64,000 nt of DNA from Eledone cirrhosa. Its lineage: Eukaryota. How positions within the stretch are numbered: the stretch's first letter is position 1; each line of letters starts with the position of its first letter. Where the stretch lies: assembly GCA_964016885.1 (NCBI GenBank), contig CAXHJY010000080.1, positions 100,758-164,757 of the forward strand, in the 5' to 3' direction. The notes under the pieces were generated by a model that was not told where the DNA came from, did no database searches, and worked only from the letters and a program-made list of their open reading frames with translations. The translations under genes were made by a program, and so were the position numbers. Below, one piece after another: positions 44,074 through 56,510 of this stretch.

Positions 44074-44823
44074 GTAAGGCCCTTGTACTCCTCAACATAC
44101 TCTTTTATGTTATATTGATATCTTTATGTCTATGTTAATCATAGCTACCTCTTTCTTTGTCAATCTCTTATTTCTATATATAAACATTCATTGATCTGTC
44201 AGATGTTGTCAATATAATTCAGTAAATTATACTGTCTATCAGTAAAGTTCAATATATTTATCTATAGATGTAGTTATATCTTTTGTCTCTGTGATATATG
44301 TTTGGTATGTTTTCTATATTTGTTATTTCTAAGATACCATCTTGAAATATTTCTTATTATTTGTTTGATCTCCTGACAATGTAGTCTCCTCATATATGGT
44401 CTGTAGTTTCATGTTGTGTTGTTTATTTGGAATATTGTTTTATGTAGAGTTGTTATTGTTTTGTTGTAGTGTTTTGGTAACAATTCAAACCATATCTTGT
44501 TATGTGAAGTTATATCTTACCTTAATAAGTTGATTTCTATATTGATATATTGTTTTTGTTGATTCTTTGTTATGTGACAGTATATCCCTATGTACCAGTT
44601 GATGGTTTGTTATGTATCAGAATATATAGTTATGTTGTAATATTATTTCAATATTACCATGTCACCATCTTAACTGTTCTGTACTGTATCAATACAATGT
44701 ACATGTAATGTAACATATTGTTCTGTTATGTCACTCAGTCTATGTTAAAAGATAATGTTAGATTTATCTATCAGCCACTCTACATTATTCTATTAGTTAA
44801 AAACTTATTATAATGTTCTCCAG

Positions 44824-45393
44824 GTGGCTGCGGCAATACAAAATCTGACATCATCTTCATTTTGGATTCCTCAACTAGTGTCCAAGCAGAAAATTTTCAG
44901 AAAATGCTCGATTTTGTAGTTGACTTTGTCTCTGCTGCTGATATTGACAGTGGCAATGTTAGAATCGGTGCAGTACTCTACAGTACAGATGTGAAAATAC
45001 AATTCCATTTAAATGATTTCCAAAGTAAACAACAAATGATCAAGGCAGTTGGTGAAATTGCCTATGTTTATGGTAGTACAAACACTTATGGTGGACTAAA
45101 CACAATGAGGACAGTAATGTTTACAAGAGAGAATGGTGACAGGCCATCTGTTGACAATATTGCCATACTTCTTACTGATGGTGTATCAAATATCAATTCA
45201 TATCAGACTATTCCAGAAGCAGTGAAAGTTAGAGAAGATGGCATCCATATATATGCTATAGGTATTGGTCTAACTGATACTACAGAATTGAGCAAGATTT
45301 CATCACTTCCTGTCAGTGAAAATATGTTTGTTGTCACTGATTTCAACGAATTATCGAATCTCAAGGAAAGAATCTTTGAACAATATTGCCCAG
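44824..45393 (+). CDS. vWA domain exon 15
   Basis: Copy of exon 1; ORF track 44862-45413. Confidence 0.95.
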
Positions 45394-46839
45394 GTATAGC
45401 AATTAGCATGTGATAACAAAGTGATACTGTACTTGATACTATTACTAATATCCAATCCCTCAGGCAATTAATATTCTAAAGATATATCATTTATCAATAT
45501 TGCTTACTGCCATTATATAAAATATCAGCTTTATTAAATATCTAAGTCAGCTTTTACAATTCCTGCAGTTAACAGTTCTAATAATATCAGTAAATATCCC
45601 ATGTCATTGCGCTACATACCTTTCCCTTCCACCTTCTATAATGTATGTTATCCTATGATAACTCCTATTGCTTTATTAACAATGACTCATCCATGCGATA
45701 TCTGTTTGTCAGTTAGAATCAAATAACTGAAATTATATCTACCTTCTTTTTTAATATTATTTATTATCAAGGTTGAAATATTCTGTACAATCTCTACAGT
45801 ATATTTATATTCTAGTGATAACATTCCATATAACATTGACCTTCCAAATATATAACATTGATTATGAACTAATTTTTAATGACCCAATACTCTGGCTGTG
45901 TATTAGTTTTACTGTTTCATTCTACAATTATTTCTCTTATAATTAACAGATTATTTTCTTCAATAAGTCGTTATATTTCTAGAATCTTAGAATGATTCAT
46001 ATTAATAAAAACTAATGGAGACAAGATTGCTGTACACTCAATCTTCACAATTACCAGCATTTATTGATGTAATTACTCTGTATTTAACACAGCTAATATC
46101 TCTGCTTTAAAACCTAGACATAAATTCCTAATAGATCCTTTACAATATGTGAAGATAATCTACCAATATTCTTTATAATGCTTCTACAAAATATGATGCC
46201 ATAACTGTTATGACAATACCTGCAGCATGTAATTGTGATAACGTCTACCAATATACTGAATTAGTGTATAATATATCTTATTTGCTTCATGTCATTCTAG
46301 TGGAATTTTTTTTTATAATATATAAAATTTCACTGTTGCCATATCTTCAGCTTTATGCATGTGTGAATTATTGTAAATAATAGAAACTGTATTTCTGTAT
46401 AAATGTGTAGATTAATTGATAACCAGTGATTATGTAACGTTTGTGATATTCTGGAAAGGTAACTGTGATATGAATGGAAGGCTGAATAATACTTTTCTTG
46501 TGACAAACTCTAACTTTCAGATATTCTTGTGACAAACTGTGACTTTCACACAAATACTAATAGATTTTGTCTTCATATTGATATTCGTAATCTGTAATAC
46601 CTAAATATTTACAAAGTAAATTAAATTAATTTAATATTTAAACTTTATCTGTAAGAAATATGTCATATCTCTCTTGAAATATGTTTCTTACTTTCAATAC
46701 CAACTGACTTAAAATATAACATTTATATGTAATACACTTCAATATGTAGGTAATATATTACATTGTTTTACTTTCAATTTACTATCAACTATTTAGAATT
46801 CTATCTTAATGAGTTATGTGATTATTATTTCCATAAAAG

Positions 46840-46896
46840 GAGGAGAAATAGTGACACCTAGTAGAGTTCCAATAATTGAAACAACCAGAAAGAGAG
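46840..46896 (+). CDS. 57-nt RKR linker exon, unit 16
   Basis: Same as 1359-1415. Confidence 0.75.
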
Positions 46897-47200
46897 GTGA
46901 GATATTACTGAAACATATTTATATATACTTAGATATGTTACAGAACAACACTTATAATATATAGAACATATTACATAACAATTATTTCAATATCATCACT
47001 GGAATATTAATTAGTTATTCACAGTCAGCTATTGGAGATTAAACAGAAATATATATAGTAACATATTTCAAAATATCAACATTTACATATTCTTATGAAT
47101 ATATAAAGTATATTTCAATATTTCAGATTATCTAGCAATGTCTTACTAACAGATTTCACATCATATCTTTAAACTTACAACAATATTTTATTTCTCGCAG

Positions 47201-47245
47201 TTGTTGAAAAAACTCCAGCACCTGCTATTACATTACCAACTAAGG
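47201..47245 (+). CDS. 45-nt linker exon, unit 16
   Basis: Same splice sites. Confidence 0.9.
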
Positions 47246-47995
47246 GTAAGGCCCTTGTACTCCTCAACATACTCTTTTATGTTATATTGATATCTTTATG
47301 TCTATGTTAATCATAGCTACCTCTTTCTTTGTCAATCTCTTATTTCTATATATAAACATTCATTGATCTGTCAGATGTTGTCAATATAATTCAGTAAATT
47401 ATACTGTCTATCAGTAAAGTTCAATATATTTATCTATAGATGTAGTTATATCTTTTGTCTCTGTGATATATGTTTGGTATGTTTTCTATATTTGTTATTT
47501 CTAAGATACCATCTTGAAATATTTCTTATTATTTGTTTGATCTCCTGACAATGTAGTCTCCTCATATGTGGTCTGTAGTTTCATGTTGTGTTGTTTATTT
47601 GGAATATTGTTTTATGTAGAGTTGTTATTGTTTTGTTGTAGTGTTTTGGTAACAATTCAAACCATATCTTGTTATGTGAAGTTATATCTTACCTTAATAA
47701 GTTGATTTCTATATTGATATATTGTTTTTGTTGATTCTTTGTTATGTGACAGTATATCCCTATGTACCAGTTGATGGTTTGTTATGTATCAGAATATATA
47801 GTTATGTTGTAATATTATTTCAATATTACCATGTCACCATCTTAACTGTTCTGTACTGTATCAATACAATGTACATGTAATGTAACATATTGTTCTGTTA
47901 TGTCACTCAGTCTATGTTAAAAGATAATGTTAGATTTATCTATCAGCCACTCTACATTATTCTATTAGTTAAAAACTTATTATAATGTTCTCCAG

Positions 47996-48565
47996 GTGGC
48001 TGCGGCAATACAAAATCTGACATCATCTTCATTTTGGATTCCTCAACTAGTGTCCAAGCAGAAAATTTTCAGAAAATGCTCGATTTTGTAGTTGACTTTG
48101 TCTCTGCTGCTGATATTGACAGTGGCAATGTTAGAATCGGTGCAGTACTCTACAGTACAGATGTGAAAATACAATTCCATTTAAATGATTTCCAAAGTAA
48201 ACAACAAATGATCAAGGCAGTTGGTGAAATTGCCTATGTTTATGGTAGTACAAACACTTATGGTGGACTAAACACAATGAGGACAGTAATGTTTACAAGA
48301 GAGAATGGTGACAGGCCATCTGTTGACAATATTGCCATACTTCTTACTGATGGTGTATCAAATATCAATTCATATCAGACTATTCCAGAAGCAGTGAAAG
48401 TTAGAGAAGATGGCATCCATATATATGCTATAGGTATTGGTCTAACTGATACTACAGAATTGAGCAAGATTTCATCACTTCCTGTCAGTGAAAATATGTT
48501 TGTTGTCACTGATTTCAACGAATTATCGAATCTCAAGGAAAGAATCTTTGAACAATATTGCCCAG
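47996..48565 (+). CDS. vWA domain exon 16
   Basis: Copy of exon 1; ORF track 48034-48585. Confidence 0.95.
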
Positions 48566-50026
48566 GTATAGCAATTAGCATGTGATAACAAAGTGATACT
48601 GTACTTGATACTATTACTAATATCCAATCCCTCAGGCAATTAATATTCTAAAGATATATCATTTATCAATATTGCTTACTGCCATTATATAAAATATCAG
48701 CTTTATTAAATATCTAAGTCAGCTTTTACAATTCCTGCAGTTAACAGTTCTAATAATATCAGTAAATATCCCATGTCATTGCGCTACATACCTTTCCCTT
48801 CCACCTTCTATAATGTATGTTATCCTATGATAACTCCTATTGCTTTATTAACAATGACTCATCCATGCGATATCTGTTTGTCAGTTAGAATCAAATAACT
48901 GAAATTATATCTACCTTCTTTTTTAATATTATTTATTATCAAGGTTGAAATATTCTGTACAATCTCTACAGTATATTTATATTCTAGTGATAACATTCCA
49001 TATAACATTGACCTTCCAAATATATAACATTGATTATGAACTAATTTTTAATGACCCAATACTCTGGCTGTGTATTAGTTTTACTGTTTCATTCTACAAT
49101 TATTTCTCTTATAATTAACAGATTATTTTCTTCAATAAGTCGTTATATTTCTAGAATCTTAGAATGATTCATATTAATAAAAACTAATGGAGACAAGATT
49201 GCTGTACACTCAATCTTCACAATTACCAGCATTTATTGATGTAATTACTCTGTATTTAACACAGCTAATATCTCTGCTTTAAAACCTAGACATAAATTCC
49301 TAATATATACCATTAAGTCATAGATCCTTTACAATATGTGAAGATAATCTACCAATATTCTTTATAATGCTTCTACAAAATATGATGCCATAACTGTTAT
49401 GACAATACCTGCAGCATGTAATTGTGATAACGTCTACCAATATACTGAATTAGTGTATAATATATCTTATTTGCTTCATGTCATTCTAGTGGAATTTTTT
49501 TTTATAATATATAAAATTTCACTGTTGCCATATCTTCAGCTTTATGCATGTGTGAATTATTGTAAATAATAGAAACTGTATTTCTGTATAAATGTGTAGA
49601 TTAATTGATAACCAGTGATTATGTAACGTTTGTGATATTCTGGAAAGGTAACTGTGATATGAATGGAAGGCTGAATAATACTTTTCTTGTGACAAACTCT
49701 AACTTTCAGATATTCTTGTGACAAACTGTGACTTTCACACAAATACTAATAGATTTATTACAGAACAACACTTATAATATATAGAACACATTACATAACA
49801 ATTATTTCAATATCATCACTGGAATATTAATTAGTTATTCACAGTCAGCTATTGGAGATTAAACAGAAATATATATATATATAGTAACATATTTCAAAAT
49901 ATCAACATTTACATATTCTTATGAATATATAAAGTATATTTCAATATTTCAGATTATCTAGCAATGTCTTACTAACAGATTTCACATCATATCTTTAAAC
50001 TTACAACAATATTTTATTTCTCGCAG

Positions 50027-50071
50027 TTGTTGAAAAAACTCCAGCACCTGCTATTACATTACCAACTGAGG
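50027..50071 (+). CDS. 45-nt linker exon, unit 17 (terminal K>E: ...LPTE)
   Basis: Same splice sites; AAG>GAG. Confidence 0.9.
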
Positions 50072-50821
50072 GTAAGGCCCTTGTACTCCTCAACATACTC
50101 TTTTATGTTATATTGATATCTTTATGTCTATGTTAATCATAGCTACCTCTTTCTTTGTCAATCTCTTATTTCTATATATAAACATTCATTGATCTGTCAG
50201 ATGTTGTCAATATAATTCAGTAAATTATACTGTCTATCAGTAAAGTTCAATATATTTATCTATAGATGTAGTTATATCTTTTGTCTCTGTGATATATGTT
50301 TGGTATGTTTTCTATATTTGTTATTTCTAAGATACCATCTTGAAATATTTCTTATTATTTGTTTGATCTCCTGACAATGTAGTCTCCTCATATGTGGTCT
50401 GTAGTTTCATGTTGTGTTGTTTATTTGAAATATTGTTTTATGTAGAGTTGTTATTGTTTTGTTGTAGTGTTTTGGTAACAATTCAAACCATATCTTGTTT
50501 TGTGAAGTTATATCTTACCTTAATAAGTTGATTTCTATATTGATATATTGTTTTTGTTGATTCTTTGTTATGTGACAGTATATCCCTATGTACCAGTTGA
50601 TGCTTTGTTATGTATCAGAATATATAGTTATGTTGTAATATTATTTCAATATTACCATGTCACCATCTTAACTGTTATGTACTGTATCAATACAATGTAC
50701 ATGTAATGTAACATATTGTTCTGTTATGTCACTCAGTCTATGTTAAAAGATAATGTTAGATTTATCTATCAACCACTCTACATTATTCTATTAGTGAAAA
50801 ACTTATCCCAATGTTCTCCAG

Positions 50822-51391
50822 GTGGCTGCGGCAATACAAAATCTGACATCATCTTCATTTTGGATTCCTCAACTAGTGTCCAAGCAGAAAATTTTCAGAA
50901 AATGCTCGATTTTGTAGTTGACTTTGTCTCTGCTGCTGATATTGACAGTGGCAATGTTAGAATCGGTGCAGTACTCTACAGTACAGATGTGAAAATACAA
51001 TTTCATTTAAATGATTTCCAAAGTAAACAACAAATGATCAAGGCAGTTGGTGAAATTGCCTATGTTTATGGTAGTACAAACACTTATGGTGGACTAAACA
51101 CAATGAGGACAGTAATGTTTACAAGAGAGAATGGTGACAGGCCATCTGTTGACAATATTGCCATACTTCTTACTGATGGTGTATCAAATATCAATTCATA
51201 TCAGACTATTCCAGAAGCAGTGAAAGTTAGAGAAGATGGCATCCATATATATGCTATAGGTATTGGTCTAACTGATACTACAGAATTGAGCAAGATTTCA
51301 TCACTTCCTGTCAGTGAAAATATGTTTGTTGTCACTGATTTCAACGAATTATCGAATCTCAAGGAAAGAATCTTTGAACAATATTGCCCAG
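50822..51391 (+). CDS. vWA domain exon 17 (last of array)
   Basis: Copy of exon 1; lies within ORF 50716-51411. Confidence 0.95.
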
Positions 51392-51928
51392 GTATAGCAA
51401 TTAGCATGTGATAACAAAGTCATACTGTACTTGATACTATTACTAATATCCAATCCCTCAGGCAATTAATATTCTAAAGATATATCATTTATTAAATATC
51501 TAAGCTTTATTAAATATCTAAGTCAGCTTTTACAATTCCTGCAGTTAACAGTTCTAATAATATCAGTAAATATCCCATTTTATTGCCCTTCATACCTATC
51601 CCTTCCACCTTCTATAATGTATGTTATCCTATGATATCTCCTATTGCTTTATTAACAATGATTCATCCATTCAATATTCTTTTTTTTACTTTTTTATCAA
51701 ATAACTGAAATGTATCAACCTTCTTTCTTAAGATTATTTATTATATAGGTGGTTATATTCTTTACAATCTCTAAAGTAGAGTTATATTCTAGTGGTAACA
51801 TTTCACTTCACACTCTCATTTTTAAGGTAACAATTCTCATGTAACAATTCAAATATTATCTGAACCATCAATTAAACTGCAAACTTGCTTCACTGATTCA
51901 AACTTGAATTTCTATCATATTTTATAAT

Positions 51929-52111
51929 TGTTTCTACTATTGGCACAAGGCCAGAAAATTACCCAGTACATTACTGGTACTTTATTTTATCGACCCCGTA
52001 AGGATGAAAGGCAAAGTTAACCTCGGCGGGATTTGAACTCAGAATGGCAAGGGCCGTAACTCTATGCGTCAAAGCATGGCGTCCGAACCTCTACCGATAC
52101 TGCCAATCCAC
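51929..52111 (-). mobile_element. tRNA-derived SINE (octopus-type), with 10-bp target-site duplication
   Basis: Pol III B-box on minus strand (GAGTTCAAATCCC); homologous to 58442-58616; flanked by ATTTTATAAT at 51919-51928 and 52112-52121. Confidence 0.8.
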
Positions 52112-52606
52112 ATTTTATAATGAAACTCTACCATAACTACATGCATGAGGTGTCCTTATTTTTAACTGAAGTTGGTGTTACTTGTGTCATTAATTTACCT
52201 CTGCAATCTATCATGGAAAGCTTCTTTAAATTCTTCATTTGAATATTAAAATATTTGTTATGTGTGTAATAAGATTATTTTTACTTCATATAATTCCCAA
52301 TAATTGCAAACCCTTTGTTTGCTGAAGTAACTTCAAAAAGCAATTTCTCTTCAGTTACTCTCTTATTATATCCTGCTTAAAGTATATCATGGATCTTGCA
52401 ATCATTTATTTGACAAATATATAAAAGCTTTATATTTTTTTAAAAGAAAATAGGAATTTTTAAATTATCTCTGTGCTAAATACTTTAATTGCTTTACATT
52501 ATAATAACATGTTTGTTTCTTAAGTCATTCCAATTATTGTTTTGTTGTAGTTTTTTGGTAACAAACTAAACTATATTTTATCATGTGAATCTGTTTCTTA
52601 CCCTAA

Positions 52607-52811
52607 CCCTTTAGTATTTACATTACTCTATATTTACTATTGTATTTTCACGCTAAAGGCTTTATCTCACATATCGCATGTATGAAATTTTGATAGTATT
52701 TATTTTGAAAACCATAGCCAAATTCCAGTTTGAGTGGCCGGTTACAGCCGATTTGAACAGAAAGAGGTGAGAGAATTCTGGTTATATATAGCTGGCTTAA
52801 ATGCTAAAGGG
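52607..52811. mobile_element. piggyBac-type MITE
   Basis: TIRs CCCTTTAGTATTTA / TAAATGCTAAAGGG (1 mismatch), flanked by cTAA and TTAA; no ORF. Confidence 0.75.
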
Positions 52812-54303
52812 TTAACTATTATCCAATCTATAATTTAAGTCTATTGATATTCTATTTATAAATTCCACTTAACTGTGTCTCTTTCTTCATGTAATCAACT
52901 AATATTCTCTCCAATTATCTTGGGCTGTTTAATTGCTTTGTAATTGCAAACATCATGTTTTTTTATTTTTTTATTTTTTGAGACTTCTTATTGTTGCTTT
53001 ATTTTCGCTACACCAAACTATTATCAATTTTTAACAATATAACCCACCTTTTCACCAATGCTCTTTAATTTTGACAACTATAATGTTATTGAAGTTTTAA
53101 TTTTTTTTAAATGTTCTTCAACCCTCATCATTTATCAAATCATTTCATTTTTTGTCCATGAGACGATTATATTATTGAAAAGCTGTTTAGTTGCATTGTT
53201 TCACCTCTGAACATATGTCTTTGCTAGATTCAATGTGTTGGCTGATATCAAAAGCTTGTTAGTTTGTCTAAGAAATACATTTTTTTGTATTAGGCTCCTT
53301 AGTAAATGTGTATGAAGCTGTAAATTTTATAGTGGTTTCTCTCAAAAGCTGTTTAAGTATTCGTGCTTGTATTGTTAGTTTAATATTATGTGAAACCTGA
53401 TTATCTATGTCTATTTTGATGTGAATTTTTTAAGGTGAATTTTCAAAGTGTTTCAAAGTATTTTTTTGTGATATGTAATTTATAAAGTGATATAAGGTGT
53501 GACTGTCTATCTAGATTTTATGGTGTTGAATTCACTCTGTGTTAAATGTTAACATTGTTTGAAAGAAAGTTTCCAAAGCACTAATAACAATTTATCAGCA
53601 TATGTTCAGCTATTAAAGAAATCTCCTTTGTTATTTATGCAGTTACCCGACGTTTTACTCTTGATACCCTAACATACATTTAGCTCATTACATCTGAGTG
53701 AATGTGACATCATCAATCAAATAACCATTTCTAATCATTTCTAACTGTTTTCCAATGGAAAATTATGCAATTTAATTGGATATACTTCAGCTAACCGCTT
53801 TTATTTTGTTTCTTCTCATTTCTCATAAATCACCATTTTGCTTTTGCTTGGTAAATGGGGGTGGGGTATGTACACCCTATCGGAATTTAAATGGCAATAA
53901 ATCTATGAAATGTAAATAGCATATTGTATATGTAAGCATCATCATTTAATGTTTGGGCTTGGTTTCTATGGCTGGATGCCCTTCCTAATGCCAAACTTAT
54001 GCAGTCAAGTAAAGTATTAAAATTCTATGTTGAATGTAAAGTATTAAAATTCTACTTGTTGAATGTTCATTCAATTGGAAAATTGACATCACATTTGTGA
54101 TGTTAATTTTCTATCTTTAATGATTAACAAAATACTGAAATAAGATCTGCTCTCTAAACTATTATTTCTTATATATCAAGTCATACAGTTATTTTTAACA
54201 TAATCATTTCTTTAACATTTCTAAAACAATTTATAAATATTCTCGATGTTTCAACTATCTTTTGCATTCAGTGTTGTAATCAATATACGGTATTACATTA
54301 CAG

Positions 54304-54410
54304 TGAAAGCTCATGGCTCAGTGGTTAGAGTGTTGGATTCGCAATCATGAGGTTGTGAGTTATGATGCGTTATGTCCTTGAGGAAGACACTTTATTTCAT
54401 GTTGCTCCTT
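54304..54410 (+). mobile_element. Degenerate tRNA-derived SINE fragment
   Basis: A-box TGGCTCAGTGGTTAGAG; core TGTCCTTGAGGAAGACACTTTATTT shared with 54551-54830. Confidence 0.65.
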
Positions 54411-54550
54411 CTGCCAGGAGTTATAACCAGTAGATAGTGTCAGCATAGAAAAACTAATGGAAACCTTGTTTCCTTGGTCTGATTTGACCCTACTCAGCAA
54501 GTGAAGGAGGTCTGGGATCTTATCAATCAATCATCAGATTTCTTTACTAA

Positions 54551-54830
54551 GCATGTGGCTTAGTGGTTAGAGTTTTTGGCTCACAATCAGAAGGTTGATT
54601 CCAGATCATGTCCTTGAGCAAGACACTTTATTTTATACTGCTCTAGTGCACTCAACTGACAATAGTGGCGTTGCACCTGTAATTCAAAGGGTCAGTTTAG
54701 TCACAGACAGTTTAGTCATGCTGAATCTCCCTGAGAACTACAGTAAGGATGCACATGTCTTCTATAGAATACCCAACCACTTACAAGTTAATTTTACTAG
54801 TAGACATTACCATTGATTGAATCAACTGGA
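54551..54830 (+). mobile_element. Degenerate tRNA-derived SINE
   Basis: A-box TGGCTTAGTGGTTAGAG; core TGTCCTTGAGCAAGACACTTTATTT; end coordinate approximate. Confidence 0.65.
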
Positions 54831-54939
54831 ACACTTTTCTGAAATGACAGACTGGGCCAACAACTACAACAACAACTATTTGATCTTATTGATGTTTTCA
54901 TTTCTTATTTATTATATATTTGTTTCAGGTTTTATTTCA

Positions 54940-55218
54940 AACCAGACTATATACTGTATATATTGGTGTATAGTCGCACTTTTTTCTACAAATAAAACCA
55001 GTGTATATACTGTATATATTGGTGTATAAGTCGCACTTTTTTCTACAAATAAAACCAGTGTATATACTGTATATATTGGTGTATAAGTCGCACTTTTTTC
55101 TACAAATAAAACCAGTGTATATACTGTATATATTAGTGTATAAGTCTCATCTTTTTCTACAAATGAAACCTGTGTATATACTCTATATACTGGTGTACAA
55201 GTCACACCTTTTTCTTAC
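54940..55218. repeat. Minisatellite, ~57-bp unit, ~4.5-5 copies
   Basis: TATATACTGTATATATTGGTGTATAAGTCGCACTTTTTTCTACAAATAAAACCAGTG repeated; 19-aa periodicity in spurious ORFs. Confidence 0.9.
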
Positions 55219-55520
55219 AATTGAAAATTGATTAAAATCTTGCATAAAATTTAATTTGCTAGATCTAACATGTATTATGTAAACATATGTGTGTGTTATG
55301 AAGGTATTGACTTATCTACCAGTGCAACTTATTCATAAATCTATATAATATATATATTTATTATTCATTTATTTGTTTATTTATGTATTTATATATCACA
55401 CTGAATATACCCATGCATTAATCACCTCATAATGATGATGACAACAATACATATTTAAACGAATATATAGCATTTTCTGAAATTATCAATTAATATATTG
55501 TCTTTTATTTTTCTTGACAG

Positions 55521-55547
55521 CTCGACCAACACGTTATATGCCAACAG
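55521..55547 (+). CDS. 27-nt microexon (ARPTRYMPT)
   Basis: tttttcttgacAG|CTCGACC...CCAACAG|GTaagt; strong splice sites, phase 1-1. Confidence 0.8.
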
Positions 55548-55715
55548 GTAAGTTACCATTTATATCATTCTATACAAATTTTCCAAAACTTATGATTAAA
55601 GGTTTTAAATTGAAGATTGCATTTCTTAAAATATATTCTTTCCCATAATTTGGTTTGAACAAAATAACCATCAATATTTCATAAATTTATCTACATTTAA
55701 AAAGAAAACCCAGTA

Positions 55716-55818
55716 AGTATGGCTGTTTGGTTAGTTTACTTCACAACTTTGGGAAGTATCTTCTACTGTTGCCTCAGGTTGACCAATGACTTGTGAGTGG
55801 AATTTTGTAGATGGAAAT
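55716..55818 (+). mobile_element. Degenerate SINE-like fragment
   Basis: A-box-like TGGCTGTTTGGTTAG followed by TCTTCTACT...CTTGTGAGTGGA...GTAGATGGAAA, resembling an octopus interspersed repeat as recalled, not searched. Confidence 0.45.
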
Positions 55819-56021
55819 TACTGTAACCTGTTATGCCTGAAACGTTGTACCCCACCCCCCACTCTCAAGCGTAAACCTAATACCAACACTTTGTAACTGC
55901 ACCCCTTGTTATTGTTTTTGTTTTTTACTATATGTATATTTATATATATAAGGTGGTGCTATTAAGTTAGACATGACCTGGGCCAATTCTGGCTGAAACC
56001 TATCAAAGTTATATATATATA

Positions 56022-56477
56022 CTAGCAGTGGTACCCAGCGTTGCACGGGATAAGGTATTGTGAAATATATAACCGCCTTAGCTAAGCTTAGTATTGCCAC
56101 AACCACGGCTGGCAAAGAAGTAAGGGTCTGGTGGTACGTAAGTAAGCAACACTGTGGCTTAAAATGGGAGGAAGAAGTTGTGTGCACTTACCAACTGTTT
56201 GGGGAATGAGTGTGAGATTTGTCTTGAGCAAGGGTGGCAGAATAACTGGAGGTAGCAGACAGCCAGACATACAGACAGATATTATAAGGGCGCGACGTTA
56301 TATGTATGTATCTATCTAAAAACTAAAAAGAGAAAGACTAAGAATTATAGAGAGAGATCGCTAAATCGCCTAATGCGGTCCCTAGGGCATTGAAAATTTT
56401 TAATTTTCTTTTCTCGAGTTTTAGGGATTTAAACTCACACACACACACACTGACATCCTCAGTTTTATATATATAGA
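56022..56477 (-). mobile_element. Non-autonomous Helitron-like element
   Basis: Minus strand begins TCTATATATATAAAACT and ends CCCGTGCAACGCTGGG (imperfect hairpin)-TACCACTG-CTAG, between host A and T, no TSD. Confidence 0.7.
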
Positions 56478-56485
56478 TATATACG

Positions 56486-56510
56486 TGTGTGTGTGTGTGT
56501 GTGTGTGTGT
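56486..56510. repeat. (GT)n microsatellite
   Basis: Direct reading. Confidence 0.95.

Larger units (their letters stand above)
1..51500 (+). repeat. Tandem array of 17 near-identical exon-intron units (periods 3166, 2820, 2803, 2797, 2803, 2803, 2803, 3166, 3166, 3189, 3166, 3295, 3166, 3166, 3172, 2826 bp)
   Basis: Periods come from ORF-track start spacing. All are explained by a 3166-bp base unit with +23, -369, +6 (TA)3, +106 and -17 bp indels visible in the sequence. Confidence 0.98.

Noticed and set aside
50716-50821. N-terminal extension or signal peptide on the last vWA ORF
   Set aside because: Intron sequence in which a private variant removed the TAA; the acceptor at 50820-50821 is intact.
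1-51500. CRISPR array, Dscam/protocadherin-like diversity cassette, or tandem transposon
   Set aside because: There are no unique spacers, the exons are almost identical so alternative choice would give negligible sequence diversity, and there are no transposase/RT genes or terminal repeats.
53643-53651. Possible 9-nt microexon (VTR) after ttatttatgcAG
   Set aside because: Good acceptor, but the donor GTTTTA is poor; unsupported without RNA data.
54304-54620. tRNA genes
   Set aside because: Only A-box-like heads with degraded B-boxes and SINE cores; no cloverleaf can be built.
54912-55231. Repetitive ORFs on both strands
   Set aside because: Translations of the 57-bp minisatellite; no evidence of coding function.
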